Assembly: GCA_043819795.1 (NCBI GenBank)
Contig: JBDREN010000223.1
Coordinates: forward strand, 1 to 25,113
Reading direction: 5' to 3'
DNA from: Elusimicrobiota bacterium
GTDB taxonomy: Bacteria > Elusimicrobiota > Elusimicrobia > UBA1565
DNA length: 25,113 nt
Part shown: positions 16,080 through 25,113 of the stretch, piece after piece
Layout of the letters: each line of letters starts with the position of its first letter
Position numbering within the stretch: the first letter of the stretch is position 1
The notes under the pieces: model-generated
The model's database searches: none
What the model saw: only the letters and a program-made list of their open reading frames with translations
What the model was told of the DNA's origin: nothing
Program-made: the position numbers and the translations under genes

Positions 16080-16970
16080 TCACTCCGCGATCGTCACGAA
16101 CACCCGGTGCGTGGCGCTGACCGGCGTCCCGATCGGAAGGCTCAGCTGCACCACGAACACGACCTTCTTGCCTCCCAGCTCCTTCGGGGGGGTGAGGATC
16201 AGGCGGATGTCCTTCACGCGGCCCCCCTTCACCCGGACCTTTTCGGGCTTGAACCTGATCCAGCTAAGGTCTTCGACCACCTCGTACCCGGCGGGAGGGG
16301 TGGATACGGGCCACTGGATGGCCTTGACCGTCAGCTCCAACGCTTCATCGTCGCGGTTAGTGAGCTTGAGGACCTTCTTCTCCTTGCGCTCGACGTCATA
16401 GCGCTTGCCCGCCTTGGCCTTCACGACGTGCAGAGCGTGGGGCCAGAGATCGAAGTTCAGCGTGGCCATCGCCTTGCGGGTCCGCTCTCTCTCGAGGGCC
16501 TCGGGGCCCGGGCCGATGGAGAACCGCAGGCGGCTCTTGACCCCGGCGGCCAGGAACCCTGTCCCCACCGTATGCGCCCAAAGCATCGCCTGGAAGTGGC
16601 GCCCCGCGAGTCCGGGCTCGTCCGGGATCGCGATGACGATGTCGGCGAAGCCCATGGATTCCGGCTCGATTAGCATGCGGGTGGGGTTGAGGGTTATCCA
16701 GGATGGATCGGGAATGGCCTCGTACGACGGCACGATCTTCTGCGGCGCCGGGACGACCGCTTCCACGACCACATCCACCGGCGCGTCCCCGCGGTTCTTG
16801 ACCGTGTACGGGACGCCCTTGAGCTCCCGGATGTTGTAGGTCCTCCCGAGCTCCAGGTTCTGGAAGGCGACGTCCACGAACTGGGAGGAGATCCCCACCC
16901 TGCCCCAGGCCGCCTGCGCCCCCAAGAGCCCCGCAAGCCACAAACCCAAGAAAAGCCGAATCACCCGCAT
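16080..16970 (-). CDS. Secreted hypothetical protein, probably two beta-sandwich (Ig/PapD-like) domains
   Basis: Signal peptide MRVIRLFLGLWLAGLLGAQAAWG; two internally similar halves (VKNRGD...SYEAIPDPSWI vs LTNRDD...GYEVVEDLSWI). Confidence 0.75.
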   Translation of the reverse strand: MRVIRLFLGLWLAGLLGAQAAWGRVGISSQFVDVAFQNLELGRTYNIRELKGVPYTVKNRGDAPVDVVVEAVVPAPQKIVPSYEAIPDPSWITLNPTRMLIEPESMGFADIVIAIPDEPGLAGRHFQAMLWAHTVGTGFLAAGVKSRLRFSIGPGPEALERERTRKAMATLNFDLWPHALHVVKAKAGKRYDVERKEKKVLKLTNRDDEALELTVKAIQWPVSTPPAGYEVVEDLSWIRFKPEKVRVKGGRVKDIRLILTPPKELGGKKVVFVVQLSLPIGTPVSATHRVFVTIAE

Positions 16971-17135
16971 GCCCGCCCCCCCGCGCCTCGGCCCGCGCCT
17001 TCGGGCCTCCCAGTAGCATAACCGCATCGGCCGGTTTTTGCCAGACTCCGCGCCGGGACAACGCGTGCGCGCGTCGCTTGCGTCGGCCGATTCAATAGGG
17101 GCTCATTTTTGCCTCCCGAAAAGGCATTTCCCTTA

Positions 17136-17170
17136 TTGACCGGCTTTCATGTAAAGACCTACTATATAAT
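17136..17170 (+). promoter_or_regulatory. Probable sigma70-type promoter of the giant secreted-protein gene
   Basis: TTGACC-N18-TACTAT with an overlapping TATAAT (17165-17170); AAAGGAGG RBS before 17320. Confidence 0.45.
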
Positions 17171-17319
17171 TAGAAAATCCTATCTGGCACCTTCGATTAG
17201 GCATTTCTCCGAAGGCGCGAACATGAGCCGATATTGACCACAGGGACACGGAAACCGGACAATTCGGACGCCGAGTCGTATTTATGCATTCCTGACGTGC
17301 AATCGCAAAGGAGGGCCGT

Positions 17320-20300
17320 ATGATGAAAGCGAGGGATATTCTTTTTGCCGTGATATTGGCGATGCTTGGCTTGAGCCTGGCTTTGCCGGCAAGCGTCTTG
17401 GCCGCGGATGCCGACGACGACGGGATCGAGGACGAGGTCGACAACTGCCCGGCCATATACAATCCGGATCAGGCCGACAGCGAGTACGCCTGCATGGCCG
17501 GCGCGGAGCAGGGAGACGATTTCTGTATGGACGCGCACGAGCATGGCGGGGACGCGAGCTGGTTCGAGGCCACCGACTATTGCGCCGGCCAGAGCAAGAG
17601 GTTGTGCTCCAAGGAAGAATACATCTACGCCTGCGATCACGGCCTGGATATTTACTGGAACGAGCAGGGCCAGAACGAGGAATGGCGGGTCGATGACGGA
17701 AGCTGCAAGACGGGCGACAAGCCGAGAGTGGACTATATCGGATGCGATAATCCCAACTTTGACTGCTATAAGGAAACCGCCGCCAGGTCCTTCAGATGCT
17801 GCTCGGAGCCCATGTTCCCCGATGGCGTGGGCGACGCGTGCGACAACTGCCCGGCCATCCCGAACCCGGGCCAATCGGACGCGGACGGCGACGGGCTCGG
17901 CGACGCCTGCGACAACTGTCCCAGCGTGACTAATCCGGAGCAAATAGACGCGGATGAGGACGGGATGGGAGATCTTTGCGATGTCTGCCCGGACGATCCG
18001 ATGAACGATCCTGACGGCGACGGCGTGTGCAACGGCGGGGACAATTGCCCCGGCGCGCATAATCCCGATCAGTCGGACATCGACGGCGACGGGGTGGGCG
18101 ACGCCTGCGACAACTGCCCCGAGGAGCCCAACCTCTCGCAGAAAGACCGCGACGCTTTCGTCTTCGAGGACCGCTTCGCCGACAACAACATGTCGGGCCT
18201 TTGGAGCACGCACGCTTCCGCCGAGGCGTATTTCGCGGAGAAGGACGGGGCGATGCGGATAAGCGCCAACGGCGTCGATATCTGGACCGATAACGACGAG
18301 TACGGCGCGGTGTACACTTCCGTCACGGGGGACTTCGACGCGATCGTCAAGGTCGAGAGCCAGCAGAACACGGACGCGTGGGCGAAGGCCGGCATCATGG
18401 TCAGAAACGACATGGCCGCGGCCGGGGGCTCTTCGGGCTATGTTGTGCTCGTCGTCACCCCCGGCAACGGATACGCGATGCATTGGGATTCCGACGGCAA
18501 CGGCTTCCTGGAGAGCAACGTCAATATGGGCGCGTCGGTGTATCCCAGCTGGCTGAGGCTCGAGAAGCGAGGAACGACGTTCAAGGGCCTCTACGGTACG
18601 GAGGGCCCGGAGGGCCCATGGGTCAAGGTCGGCAAGTTCGACGTGGGGACCGCCGCCCCGACTCAGCATGTGGGGATGGCCGTCACGTCCCATAGCGGGG
18701 GCTCCATCAGCAAGGTCGTATTCGACGACTTTATGCTGTTCGGCCAGAACATGGGGGACGGGCTGGGAGACGCCTGCGATAACTGCCCGTTCTATCCGAA
18801 TCTCGAGCAGGGGGACTCCGACTCCGACGGGGCCGGGGACGCCTGCGACAACTGCCCGGAGGGCGAGAACCCGGGTCAGGAAGACGGGGACGGGGACGGG
18901 GCCGGGGACGCGTGCGACGCCTGCCCCAATGACCCGGATAACGACGCGGATAAGGACGGGCTGTGCGTGGAGTCCGATAACTGCCCCGTCACGTCCAACC
19001 CGGCGCAGACGGATTCGGACGGCGACGGCCTGGGGGACGCGTGCGACAACTGCCCCTATCACCACAACCCCGACCAAGCGGACACCGACGGCGACGGCAT
19101 CGCGGACGCGTGCGACGCGTATCCCTACGACAGGGACAATGACGGCGTCGAGGACGATCCCGACAATTGCCCGGACGCTCACAACCCCGATCAAGGCGAC
19201 GGGGATGCCGACGGTCTGGGAGACGCCTGCGACAACTGCCCCGCCGACCACAACCCGGACCAGGCGGACACCGACGGCGCGCCGGGCAAGGTGTCTTATT
19301 GGAAGCTTGATGAGGCTTCCGGGACGACCGCGGACGATTCCGCCGATGATAATCCGGGGACCCTCGTCGGCGGGCCCGTATGGACATCCGGTCAGATCGG
19401 CGGCGCGCTGGAATTCGACGGCAAGGATGATTACGTCGATGTCGGGGATGACGCGAGCCTGCATGTTCTCGACGATGTCTCCAGGGAGTTTACGGTCGCG
19501 GCGTGGGCGAAATATGACGCGATAGCCGGCAACGACATCATCGCCGGAACGAGCGTGGTGGGACATGACCAGTGGAGCTTCACGTCCTGGTATCTGGGCT
19601 GGTGGACGACCGGGACGACCGAGATAGCCTTCCATATCTTCCGAGACCCTGATAACGCGGGGCTCACCGCCAATTCTCATGTCGTCCCGGAGGTCGGGAA
19701 GTGGTACCACGTGGTCGGCACCAGGGAGGGCGGCGAGCACAAGATCTACATCAACGGCGAGTTGAAGGACCAGGTGCCGACCGCGAAGGCGTGGGACATC
19801 ACCCACACCTATATCGGAAGGACCTCGCAGGGCTACTTCCACAACGGCCTCGTCGACGAGGTCGCGATCTATGACCGGGCCTTGAGCGCCGAAGAGGTCC
19901 AGGCGGCCTATCAGGCGGGATCAGCGGGCCATGGCTATATGGGCGACGGCCTGGGCGACGCTTGCGACAACTGCCCGGCGGTCGGGAATCCCGATCAGGC
20001 GGATCCCGACTCCGATGGGCTCGGAAGCGCGTGCGACAACTGCCCCGATGCGTCGAACTCCGACCAGGCGGACGCGGACGGCGACGGCGCCGGGGACGCG
20101 TGCGACGCCTGCCCCCATGACGCGGACAATGACGCGGACGACGACGGGGTATGCGGGGGCGTCGACAATTGCCCCGATACGCCTAACCCGGAACAGGCCG
20201 ATCCGGACGGCGACGGCCTGGGGAACGAGTGCGACAATTGTCCCGATGACCACAACCCGGATCAGGCGGACACGGACGGCGACGGCATCGGTGACGCGTG

Positions 20301-23300
20301 CGACGAATACCCTTACGACAGGGATAACGACGGAGTGGATGACGGTTCCGACAATTGCCCGGACGCGCACAACACCGATCAAAGCGATTCGGACGCCGAT
20401 GGATTGGGGGACGTCTGCGACAACTGTCCCACCGACCACAATCCCGACCAGGCGGACACCGACGACGCGCCCGGAAAGGTGTCGTACTGGAGGTTCGACG
20501 AGGGCTCCGGCACGACGGCCGGCGATTCCGTCGGCGACAACCTGGGGACTCTCGTCAACGGGCCCGCATGGGCGCCCGGCAAGGTCGGCGGCGCGCTGAG
20601 CTTCGACGGCGTGGATGATTATGTCGATTTCGGGGACGTGCTGGAAAGCGATACGGGCACGATCTCGATGTGGATCCAGCCGAATATCAACGCCGACGAC
20701 AGGACACAGAATGAGTATCTGTGGTCCAATGGGAAAGGAGAGGGTTCCACCGGGGCGTGGTTCTTGAAGGCCAGGAACGCCTACGGGAATCCTCACGACC
20801 TGATCTTGTATATCTACGAAGTCGGCCAGAACTCCTACCCCGGCAGGGGCACGGAGTGGGACGACAACCATTGGCTCTCCGGGCAGTGGTATCACGTGGC
20901 CGTGACGTGGGATACGGGGCCCGGGGGATTCTTCCGGATATATAATGACGGCGCTCTTGTGTCGTCGTCCGTCTGCGATTCTCCCGGCAAGCCCGAGAGG
21001 CCGACGAGATTCGTGGCGGGGAGCATATGGGGGTATGAGAGTTTCAACGGCCTCATCGACGAGGTCTCCGTCTACGACCGGCCGCTGAGCGCGGAAGAGA
21101 TTCAAGCGGGCTATCAGGCGGGATCGGGCGGCCAGGGCTATATGGCCGACGGCGTCGGCGATGTCTGCGACAACTGCCCCGCGGTCGCCAACCCCGATCA
21201 GGCCGATAGCGACGGCGACGGCTCGGGCGACGTCTGCGACACGGATGCGGACAACGACGGCATCGACGACGACCTCGACAACTGCCCGTCGGTCCCGAAT
21301 CCGGGCCAGGAGATGACCGACGAGAGCGCGGAGTACGTGTGCTTCAACTTGAACGAGAACAACGCGGGAGCCCCGCTTGCCGTGACCAGCTTCGCGGACA
21401 ACAACACGATCTCCGTGAGCGGCGTGGGCCCCGTGCTGACCCTCGACCGGGGGCAGACGGGGACGGTCGCCGCGCCCCGGGGCGCGCCCATCGTGGGCGC
21501 GGGATTGTTCTACGCGGACACCACGGCCGATGGCGGCGCCCCGTGCGCCCCGCCGGGGTTCGCCGGGACCGAATTCATCTATAGGAGCGACCGGCACGCC
21601 GACGCGTTCTCCGTGTACGCGTTCACGGGCGCGCAGGTCGGCATCTACGACGGCGGCAAGCTGGTCGGAAGCGAGTCCGTCCGGCGGGGGGGCGTGAAGG
21701 TGGTCGCCCAGGACATTCCCAACGGGAACACGGTGAGGATCGTCTCCGACGCGCCCGTGCTCGTCTCCCGCTCGTCGAGCGAGGACGGCGACGGCTACAA
21801 CTTCTATCCCGCGGGCACCGACTGGTACGGGGTCCCCTCCCAGAACCTGGAGATCGGGGCCGGGCCCGACGGGGCTAACGTGACCATCTACTACAGCGAC
21901 GGGACGAGCCGCAACGAGTCGATTGGGCCTGACGGCGCCTTAAAGCTCGGCGGCCACGGCAACCATGGAGGGAGCTTCGCCGCCCACGTGGTCTCGGACA
22001 ACCCGATCGGCGTCCATCAGCTGGCGGACGGCGACGGGAGCGATGCGACGACCTTCCTTCCGGCCAAGGAGATGAGCTCCGAGTACTTCGTCCCTCAGGC
22101 GCTGCAGTATGTCGCCGTGGCTGCGCCGGCCGCGGGGACGACATGCACGCTCTACAGCCGCGACGGCAGCGCCTTGGAGACGCGGACGGGCGGAGCCCTA
22201 TCCGACCCCTACCCGAACTTCATCCTGTTCGGGGGATCGTCGCTGTACGCGGCGCGGGGCGCGCGGATGGAATGCGACCACCCCGTGTTCGCGTACTACG
22301 AGCAGGAGCTCAACGGCCAGGAGACGAACCTGTTCGGCGCGGCGCAGATGGGCGCCGCCACGGTCTTCTCCAACGGCTTGGGCGACGCGTGCGACGTCCA
22401 ATGCGGGGACGGCGTGGTGATGGCCTGGGAGATGTGCGACGACGGGAACGTCGCGGACCATGACGGATGCGATTCGCTGTGCCGGACCGAGGTCTGCGGA
22501 AACGGCGTCACGCAGCCGCATCTCGGGGAGCAGTGCGACGACGGCAACGAGACGGCGTGGGACGGATGCAACGCCGCGTGCCAGTCCCAGTGCGCGACTC
22601 CCCCTCCGGACATGATCAGCTGGTGGGACGGGGACGCCGCCGACGCGACGACCGTGTACGACATCCGGGACGGGAACCACGGAAGCCCGGCCAACGGCGC
22701 GGCGACCGCGCCCGGCAAGGTCGGGAATGCGTTGAGCTTGGACGGCGTCTCCCAATACGTCGAGGTGCCGGACAGCGAGAGCTTGGATATCTCCTCCGCG
22801 ATCACGATCGAGGCATGGATCAACGTGAGAGAGTTCCCGGTCTCGGGCGTGGACAGGATCGCGCATAAGCACCAGGCATATACTTTGGGGATCCAAGACG
22901 ACCATCTGTACGCCGGTTTTTGGAAGACGACGGAACCCGATACGATCGCTTCGGCGGCCACGCTGGAACCCGACAGGTGGCATCACGTGGCGGTGGTCCG
23001 CGGCGCCGTGGGCGATGTCGCCAGGTTGTACGTCGACGGCGTCGCAGCCCCGTTCACTTCCACGGCGGTGTCCGATATGCCTGTCTCTGAGAACGCTCTT
23101 TTCATCGGGATCGACGAAGACCTCGCTACCCGCGTCTTCAACGGTCTTATCGACGAGCTCGCCGTCTACAACCGAGTCCTGAGCGCGGAGGAGATACGAG
23201 GCGTCTACTTCGCGGGGGGCAACGGCAAGTGCAAGAACCGGCCACCCACGGCGGTCTGCCGGGATATCTCCGTGGCGCTCGACGCCTCGGGCCATGCCGC

Positions 23301-23841
23301 CATCGCCGCGGCCGACGTGGACGGCGGGTCCAGCGATCCCGACGGGGACGCGCTCGATATCAGCGTGACGCCCGCGGCCTTCGCTTGCGGTGACATCGGG
23401 GCGAACACCGTGACGCTGACGGTCGCCGACCCGATGGGCGAGTCGGATTCCTGCGTGGCGACGGTCACGGTGGCCGACGACGCGCCGCCCGTCATCGCGG
23501 GCGTGAGCGCCGATCCGGCCGCGCTCTGGCCGCCGAACCACAAGATGGCGCCTGTGTCGGTGTCCGTGGCGGCGACCGACAACTGCTCGGCCGCGCCCGC
23601 GTGCTCGATCGCGGGGATAGCGAGCGACGAGCCGGTCGACGGCTTGGGCGACGGCGACACCTCGCCCGACTGGGAAATCACCGGCGGCCTGTCGGCGGAC
23701 ATCCGGGCCGAGCGCTCGGGCGAGGGCGACGGCCGGGAGTACACGGTCCAGGTGAGCTGCGAGGACGCCTCGGGCAACAGCTCGTCGGGGACGGCGACCG
23801 TCGCCGTGCCGCACGACCAAGGCAAAGGCGGCAAGAAATAG
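17320..23841 (+). CDS. 2173-aa secreted modular protein: thrombospondin type 3 repeats, FGE/CLec-like domain, ConA-like domain, three LamG-like domains, IgGFc-binding-like region, Myxococcus-type Cys-rich repeats, C-terminal LWPPNHKM domain
   Basis: Signal peptide; many DNCPxxxNPDQxDxDGDGxGDACD repeats; ALxFDGxDDYV...WYHV...NGLIDEV LamG signatures; CGDG...CDDGN...DGC repeats (~22402-22593). Confidence 0.92.
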   Translation: MMKARDILFAVILAMLGLSLALPASVLAADADDDGIEDEVDNCPAIYNPDQADSEYACMAGAEQGDDFCMDAHEHGGDASWFEATDYCAGQSKRLCSKEEYIYACDHGLDIYWNEQGQNEEWRVDDGSCKTGDKPRVDYIGCDNPNFDCYKETAARSFRCCSEPMFPDGVGDACDNCPAIPNPGQSDADGDGLGDACDNCPSVTNPEQIDADEDGMGDLCDVCPDDPMNDPDGDGVCNGGDNCPGAHNPDQSDIDGDGVGDACDNCPEEPNLSQKDRDAFVFEDRFADNNMSGLWSTHASAEAYFAEKDGAMRISANGVDIWTDNDEYGAVYTSVTGDFDAIVKVESQQNTDAWAKAGIMVRNDMAAAGGSSGYVVLVVTPGNGYAMHWDSDGNGFLESNVNMGASVYPSWLRLEKRGTTFKGLYGTEGPEGPWVKVGKFDVGTAAPTQHVGMAVTSHSGGSISKVVFDDFMLFGQNMGDGLGDACDNCPFYPNLEQGDSDSDGAGDACDNCPEGENPGQEDGDGDGAGDACDACPNDPDNDADKDGLCVESDNCPVTSNPAQTDSDGDGLGDACDNCPYHHNPDQADTDGDGIADACDAYPYDRDNDGVEDDPDNCPDAHNPDQGDGDADGLGDACDNCPADHNPDQADTDGAPGKVSYWKLDEASGTTADDSADDNPGTLVGGPVWTSGQIGGALEFDGKDDYVDVGDDASLHVLDDVSREFTVAAWAKYDAIAGNDIIAGTSVVGHDQWSFTSWYLGWWTTGTTEIAFHIFRDPDNAGLTANSHVVPEVGKWYHVVGTREGGEHKIYINGELKDQVPTAKAWDITHTYIGRTSQGYFHNGLVDEVAIYDRALSAEEVQAAYQAGSAGHGYMGDGLGDACDNCPAVGNPDQADPDSDGLGSACDNCPDASNSDQADADGDGAGDACDACPHDADNDADDDGVCGGVDNCPDTPNPEQADPDGDGLGNECDNCPDDHNPDQADTDGDGIGDACDEYPYDRDNDGVDDGSDNCPDAHNTDQSDSDADGLGDVCDNCPTDHNPDQADTDDAPGKVSYWRFDEGSGTTAGDSVGDNLGTLVNGPAWAPGKVGGALSFDGVDDYVDFGDVLESDTGTISMWIQPNINADDRTQNEYLWSNGKGEGSTGAWFLKARNAYGNPHDLILYIYEVGQNSYPGRGTEWDDNHWLSGQWYHVAVTWDTGPGGFFRIYNDGALVSSSVCDSPGKPERPTRFVAGSIWGYESFNGLIDEVSVYDRPLSAEEIQAGYQAGSGGQGYMADGVGDVCDNCPAVANPDQADSDGDGSGDVCDTDADNDGIDDDLDNCPSVPNPGQEMTDESAEYVCFNLNENNAGAPLAVTSFADNNTISVSGVGPVLTLDRGQTGTVAAPRGAPIVGAGLFYADTTADGGAPCAPPGFAGTEFIYRSDRHADAFSVYAFTGAQVGIYDGGKLVGSESVRRGGVKVVAQDIPNGNTVRIVSDAPVLVSRSSSEDGDGYNFYPAGTDWYGVPSQNLEIGAGPDGANVTIYYSDGTSRNESIGPDGALKLGGHGNHGGSFAAHVVSDNPIGVHQLADGDGSDATTFLPAKEMSSEYFVPQALQYVAVAAPAAGTTCTLYSRDGSALETRTGGALSDPYPNFILFGGSSLYAARGARMECDHPVFAYYEQELNGQETNLFGAAQMGAATVFSNGLGDACDVQCGDGVVMAWEMCDDGNVADHDGCDSLCRTEVCGNGVTQPHLGEQCDDGNETAWDGCNAACQSQCATPPPDMISWWDGDAADATTVYDIRDGNHGSPANGAATAPGKVGNALSLDGVSQYVEVPDSESLDISSAITIEAWINVREFPVSGVDRIAHKHQAYTLGIQDDHLYAGFWKTTEPDTIASAATLEPDRWHHVAVVRGAVGDVARLYVDGVAAPFTSTAVSDMPVSENALFIGIDEDLATRVFNGLIDELAVYNRVLSAEEIRGVYFAGGNGKCKNRPPTAVCRDISVALDASGHAAIAAADVDGGSSDPDGDALDISVTPAAFACGDIGANTVTLTVADPMGESDSCVATVTVADDAPPVIAGVSADPAALWPPNHKMAPVSVSVAATDNCSAAPACSIAGIASDEPVDGLGDGDTSPDWEITGGLSADIRAERSGEGDGREYTVQVSCEDASGNSSSGTATVAVPHDQGKGGKK
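18754..21144 (+). repeat. Tandem ~1.2-kb intragenic duplication (TSP3 block plus LamG)
   Basis: Units 18754-19941 and 19942-21144; both TSP3 blocks are 522 nt and colinear (e.g. [26 protein letters not shown] in both). Confidence 0.85.
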
Positions 23842-23926
23842 CCGTCGAGCATCCGCCGGGGCCGCTGATCGGGCGCGCGGGAGGCTTGAGCCGCAACGGG
23901 CGGCGGCCGCAAGGCGCGGCGCGGCC

Positions 23927-25006
23927 ATGAGGCGAGCGGAGCCCCCCTCCTTATCGCGGTCCGAGGGCTGCCTCCTCGGGCTCATGGCGGGAGACTGCCT
24001 GGGACTTCCGCGCGAGGGCCTCACGCCCCGCAGGGCGGACCGTCTATTCGGGGACGAGATCCGCCACCGCCTGATTCTTGGCCGCGGGATGGCGAGCGAC
24101 GACACCGAGCTCGCGAGCTTCACGGCCCAGTCCTACTTGAGGTCCCCGGACGATCCGTCCGGTTTCGAGCGGGCCCTGGCCTGGAAGCTGAGGCTTTGGC
24201 TCCTGAGCCTGCCCGCCGGCATCGGCCTGGCCACCCTGCGCTCCATCCTCAAGCTCTGGGCGGGGTTTCCCCCGTCCAGGAGCGGCATCCGCTCCGCGGG
24301 GAACGGCCCCGTCATCCGGAGCCCGGTCCTCGGCGTCGCGTGCTGGGACGATCCGGCTAAGCTCCAAAAGCTCGTCCAAGCCTCTACCCGGCTCACCCAT
24401 ATCGACCCGCGGACGGAGAGAGGGGCGCTCGCCGTGGCGATGGCCGCTCAATACGCGGTCACGCGCCACTCGGGGAACTTCTTCGTCAAAGACCTCCTGC
24501 GCCATCTGGCCGCCGTTTTCCCGGAGGACGACGCCGAGGCGCGGCGGTGGCTGGAGGTCCTCGACCACGCGCTCGAGAAGGGGCAGAGCGGCGACGCCTT
24601 CTCGCGGGCGATGGGATTCAGGAGGGGCGTCTCCGGATACGTGTATCAGACCGTGCCCGCGGTCCTATGGGCGTGGCTGGCGGATCCGTTCGATTTCAGC
24701 GGCGGCATGCGGCGCGTCCTGAGCCTGGGTGGAGACGCCGACACCACCGGGGCGATTTACGGCGCCCTCGCCGGGGCCTCGGCCGGGGTCGAGGCCATCC
24801 CGGCGGACTGGCTGGAAGGGATAGTGGAGTTCCCCAGGACCGTGTCCTGGATGCGCGCCTTGGCCCGGCGCCTGCATTCGGCCGCCGTGGAGAAGCGCGC
24901 CTCTGAGCCGCTCGGCCTCGTCTGGCCGCTCTTGGCGGTGAGAAATCCCTTGTTCTTGGCCGTCGTCCTGGCGCACGGCTTTAGGCGCCTGTTGCCGCCC
25001 TACTGA
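23927..25006 (+). CDS. ADP-ribosylglycohydrolase family protein
   Basis: GCLLGLMAGDCLGLPREG, SDDTE, SAGNG, TRLTH, LGGDADTTGAIYGALAG. Confidence 0.92.
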   Translation: MRRAEPPSLSRSEGCLLGLMAGDCLGLPREGLTPRRADRLFGDEIRHRLILGRGMASDDTELASFTAQSYLRSPDDPSGFERALAWKLRLWLLSLPAGIGLATLRSILKLWAGFPPSRSGIRSAGNGPVIRSPVLGVACWDDPAKLQKLVQASTRLTHIDPRTERGALAVAMAAQYAVTRHSGNFFVKDLLRHLAAVFPEDDAEARRWLEVLDHALEKGQSGDAFSRAMGFRRGVSGYVYQTVPAVLWAWLADPFDFSGGMRRVLSLGGDADTTGAIYGALAGASAGVEAIPADWLEGIVEFPRTVSWMRALARRLHSAAVEKRASEPLGLVWPLLAVRNPLFLAVVLAHGFRRLLPPY

Positions 25007-25113
25007 GTCGGGGCCCAGCAGCCCGTGGCAAAAGTCTTCCGGGGCCTGCAATCGCCTGGAAGCGGCCTGCGCCTGCGTTGCTCCTCGGTCACATCCCGTC
25101 GAGGGATGCTCCC

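Noticed and set aside
17184..17280. sigma54 promoter (TGGCAC), sigma28 promoter (GCCGATAT) or c-di-GMP riboswitch upstream of the giant gene
   Set aside because: No GC at the -12 spacing, no TAAA at the sigma28 -35 position, and the GGCAAAC/GAAA/GACGCAAAG riboswitch core is not matched.
17197..24123. Long minus-strand ORFs (881, 558 and 641 aa) opposite the giant gene
   Set aside because: Val/Ala/Arg-rich mirror translations of the Asp-rich repeats.
690..25006. Sirtuin plus ADP-ribosylglycohydrolase as an ADP-ribosylation or defence module
   Set aside because: They are 22 kb apart, and the sirtuin is an ordinary class III deacylase.

Overview
High-GC bacterial DNA, judged by sigma70-type promoters, GGAGG ribosome-binding sites and GreA/GreB and VanZ family genes; the host lineage cannot be fixed from this window. 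The centrepiece is a tightly packed 8-gene cluster (7632-15348): type 2 IPP isomerase, class II HMG-CoA reductase, mevalonate kinase, UbiX, a UbiD-family decarboxylase, both aconitase X subunits and isopentenyl phosphate kinase. This is the archaeal (Aeropyrum-type) modified mevalonate pathway from HMG-CoA to IPP/DMAPP, sitting in a bacterium. Left of it are a hairpin-packed non-coding array downstream of tRNA-Gly(TCC), a class III sirtuin, an orphan promoter facing two fused IS remnants, an MscS channel, a nucleotidyltransferase-like protein, an XRE regulator, VanZ, a Gre-family factor and a class II aldolase with an encapsulation-peptide-like tail. Right of it are a COG1751-like protein, a secreted hypothetical, a 2173-aa secreted protein in which five globular domains are each inserted at the same position of a thrombospondin type 3 repeat, and an ADP-ribosylglycohydrolase. 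All calls come from reading motifs by eye; no database search was run.
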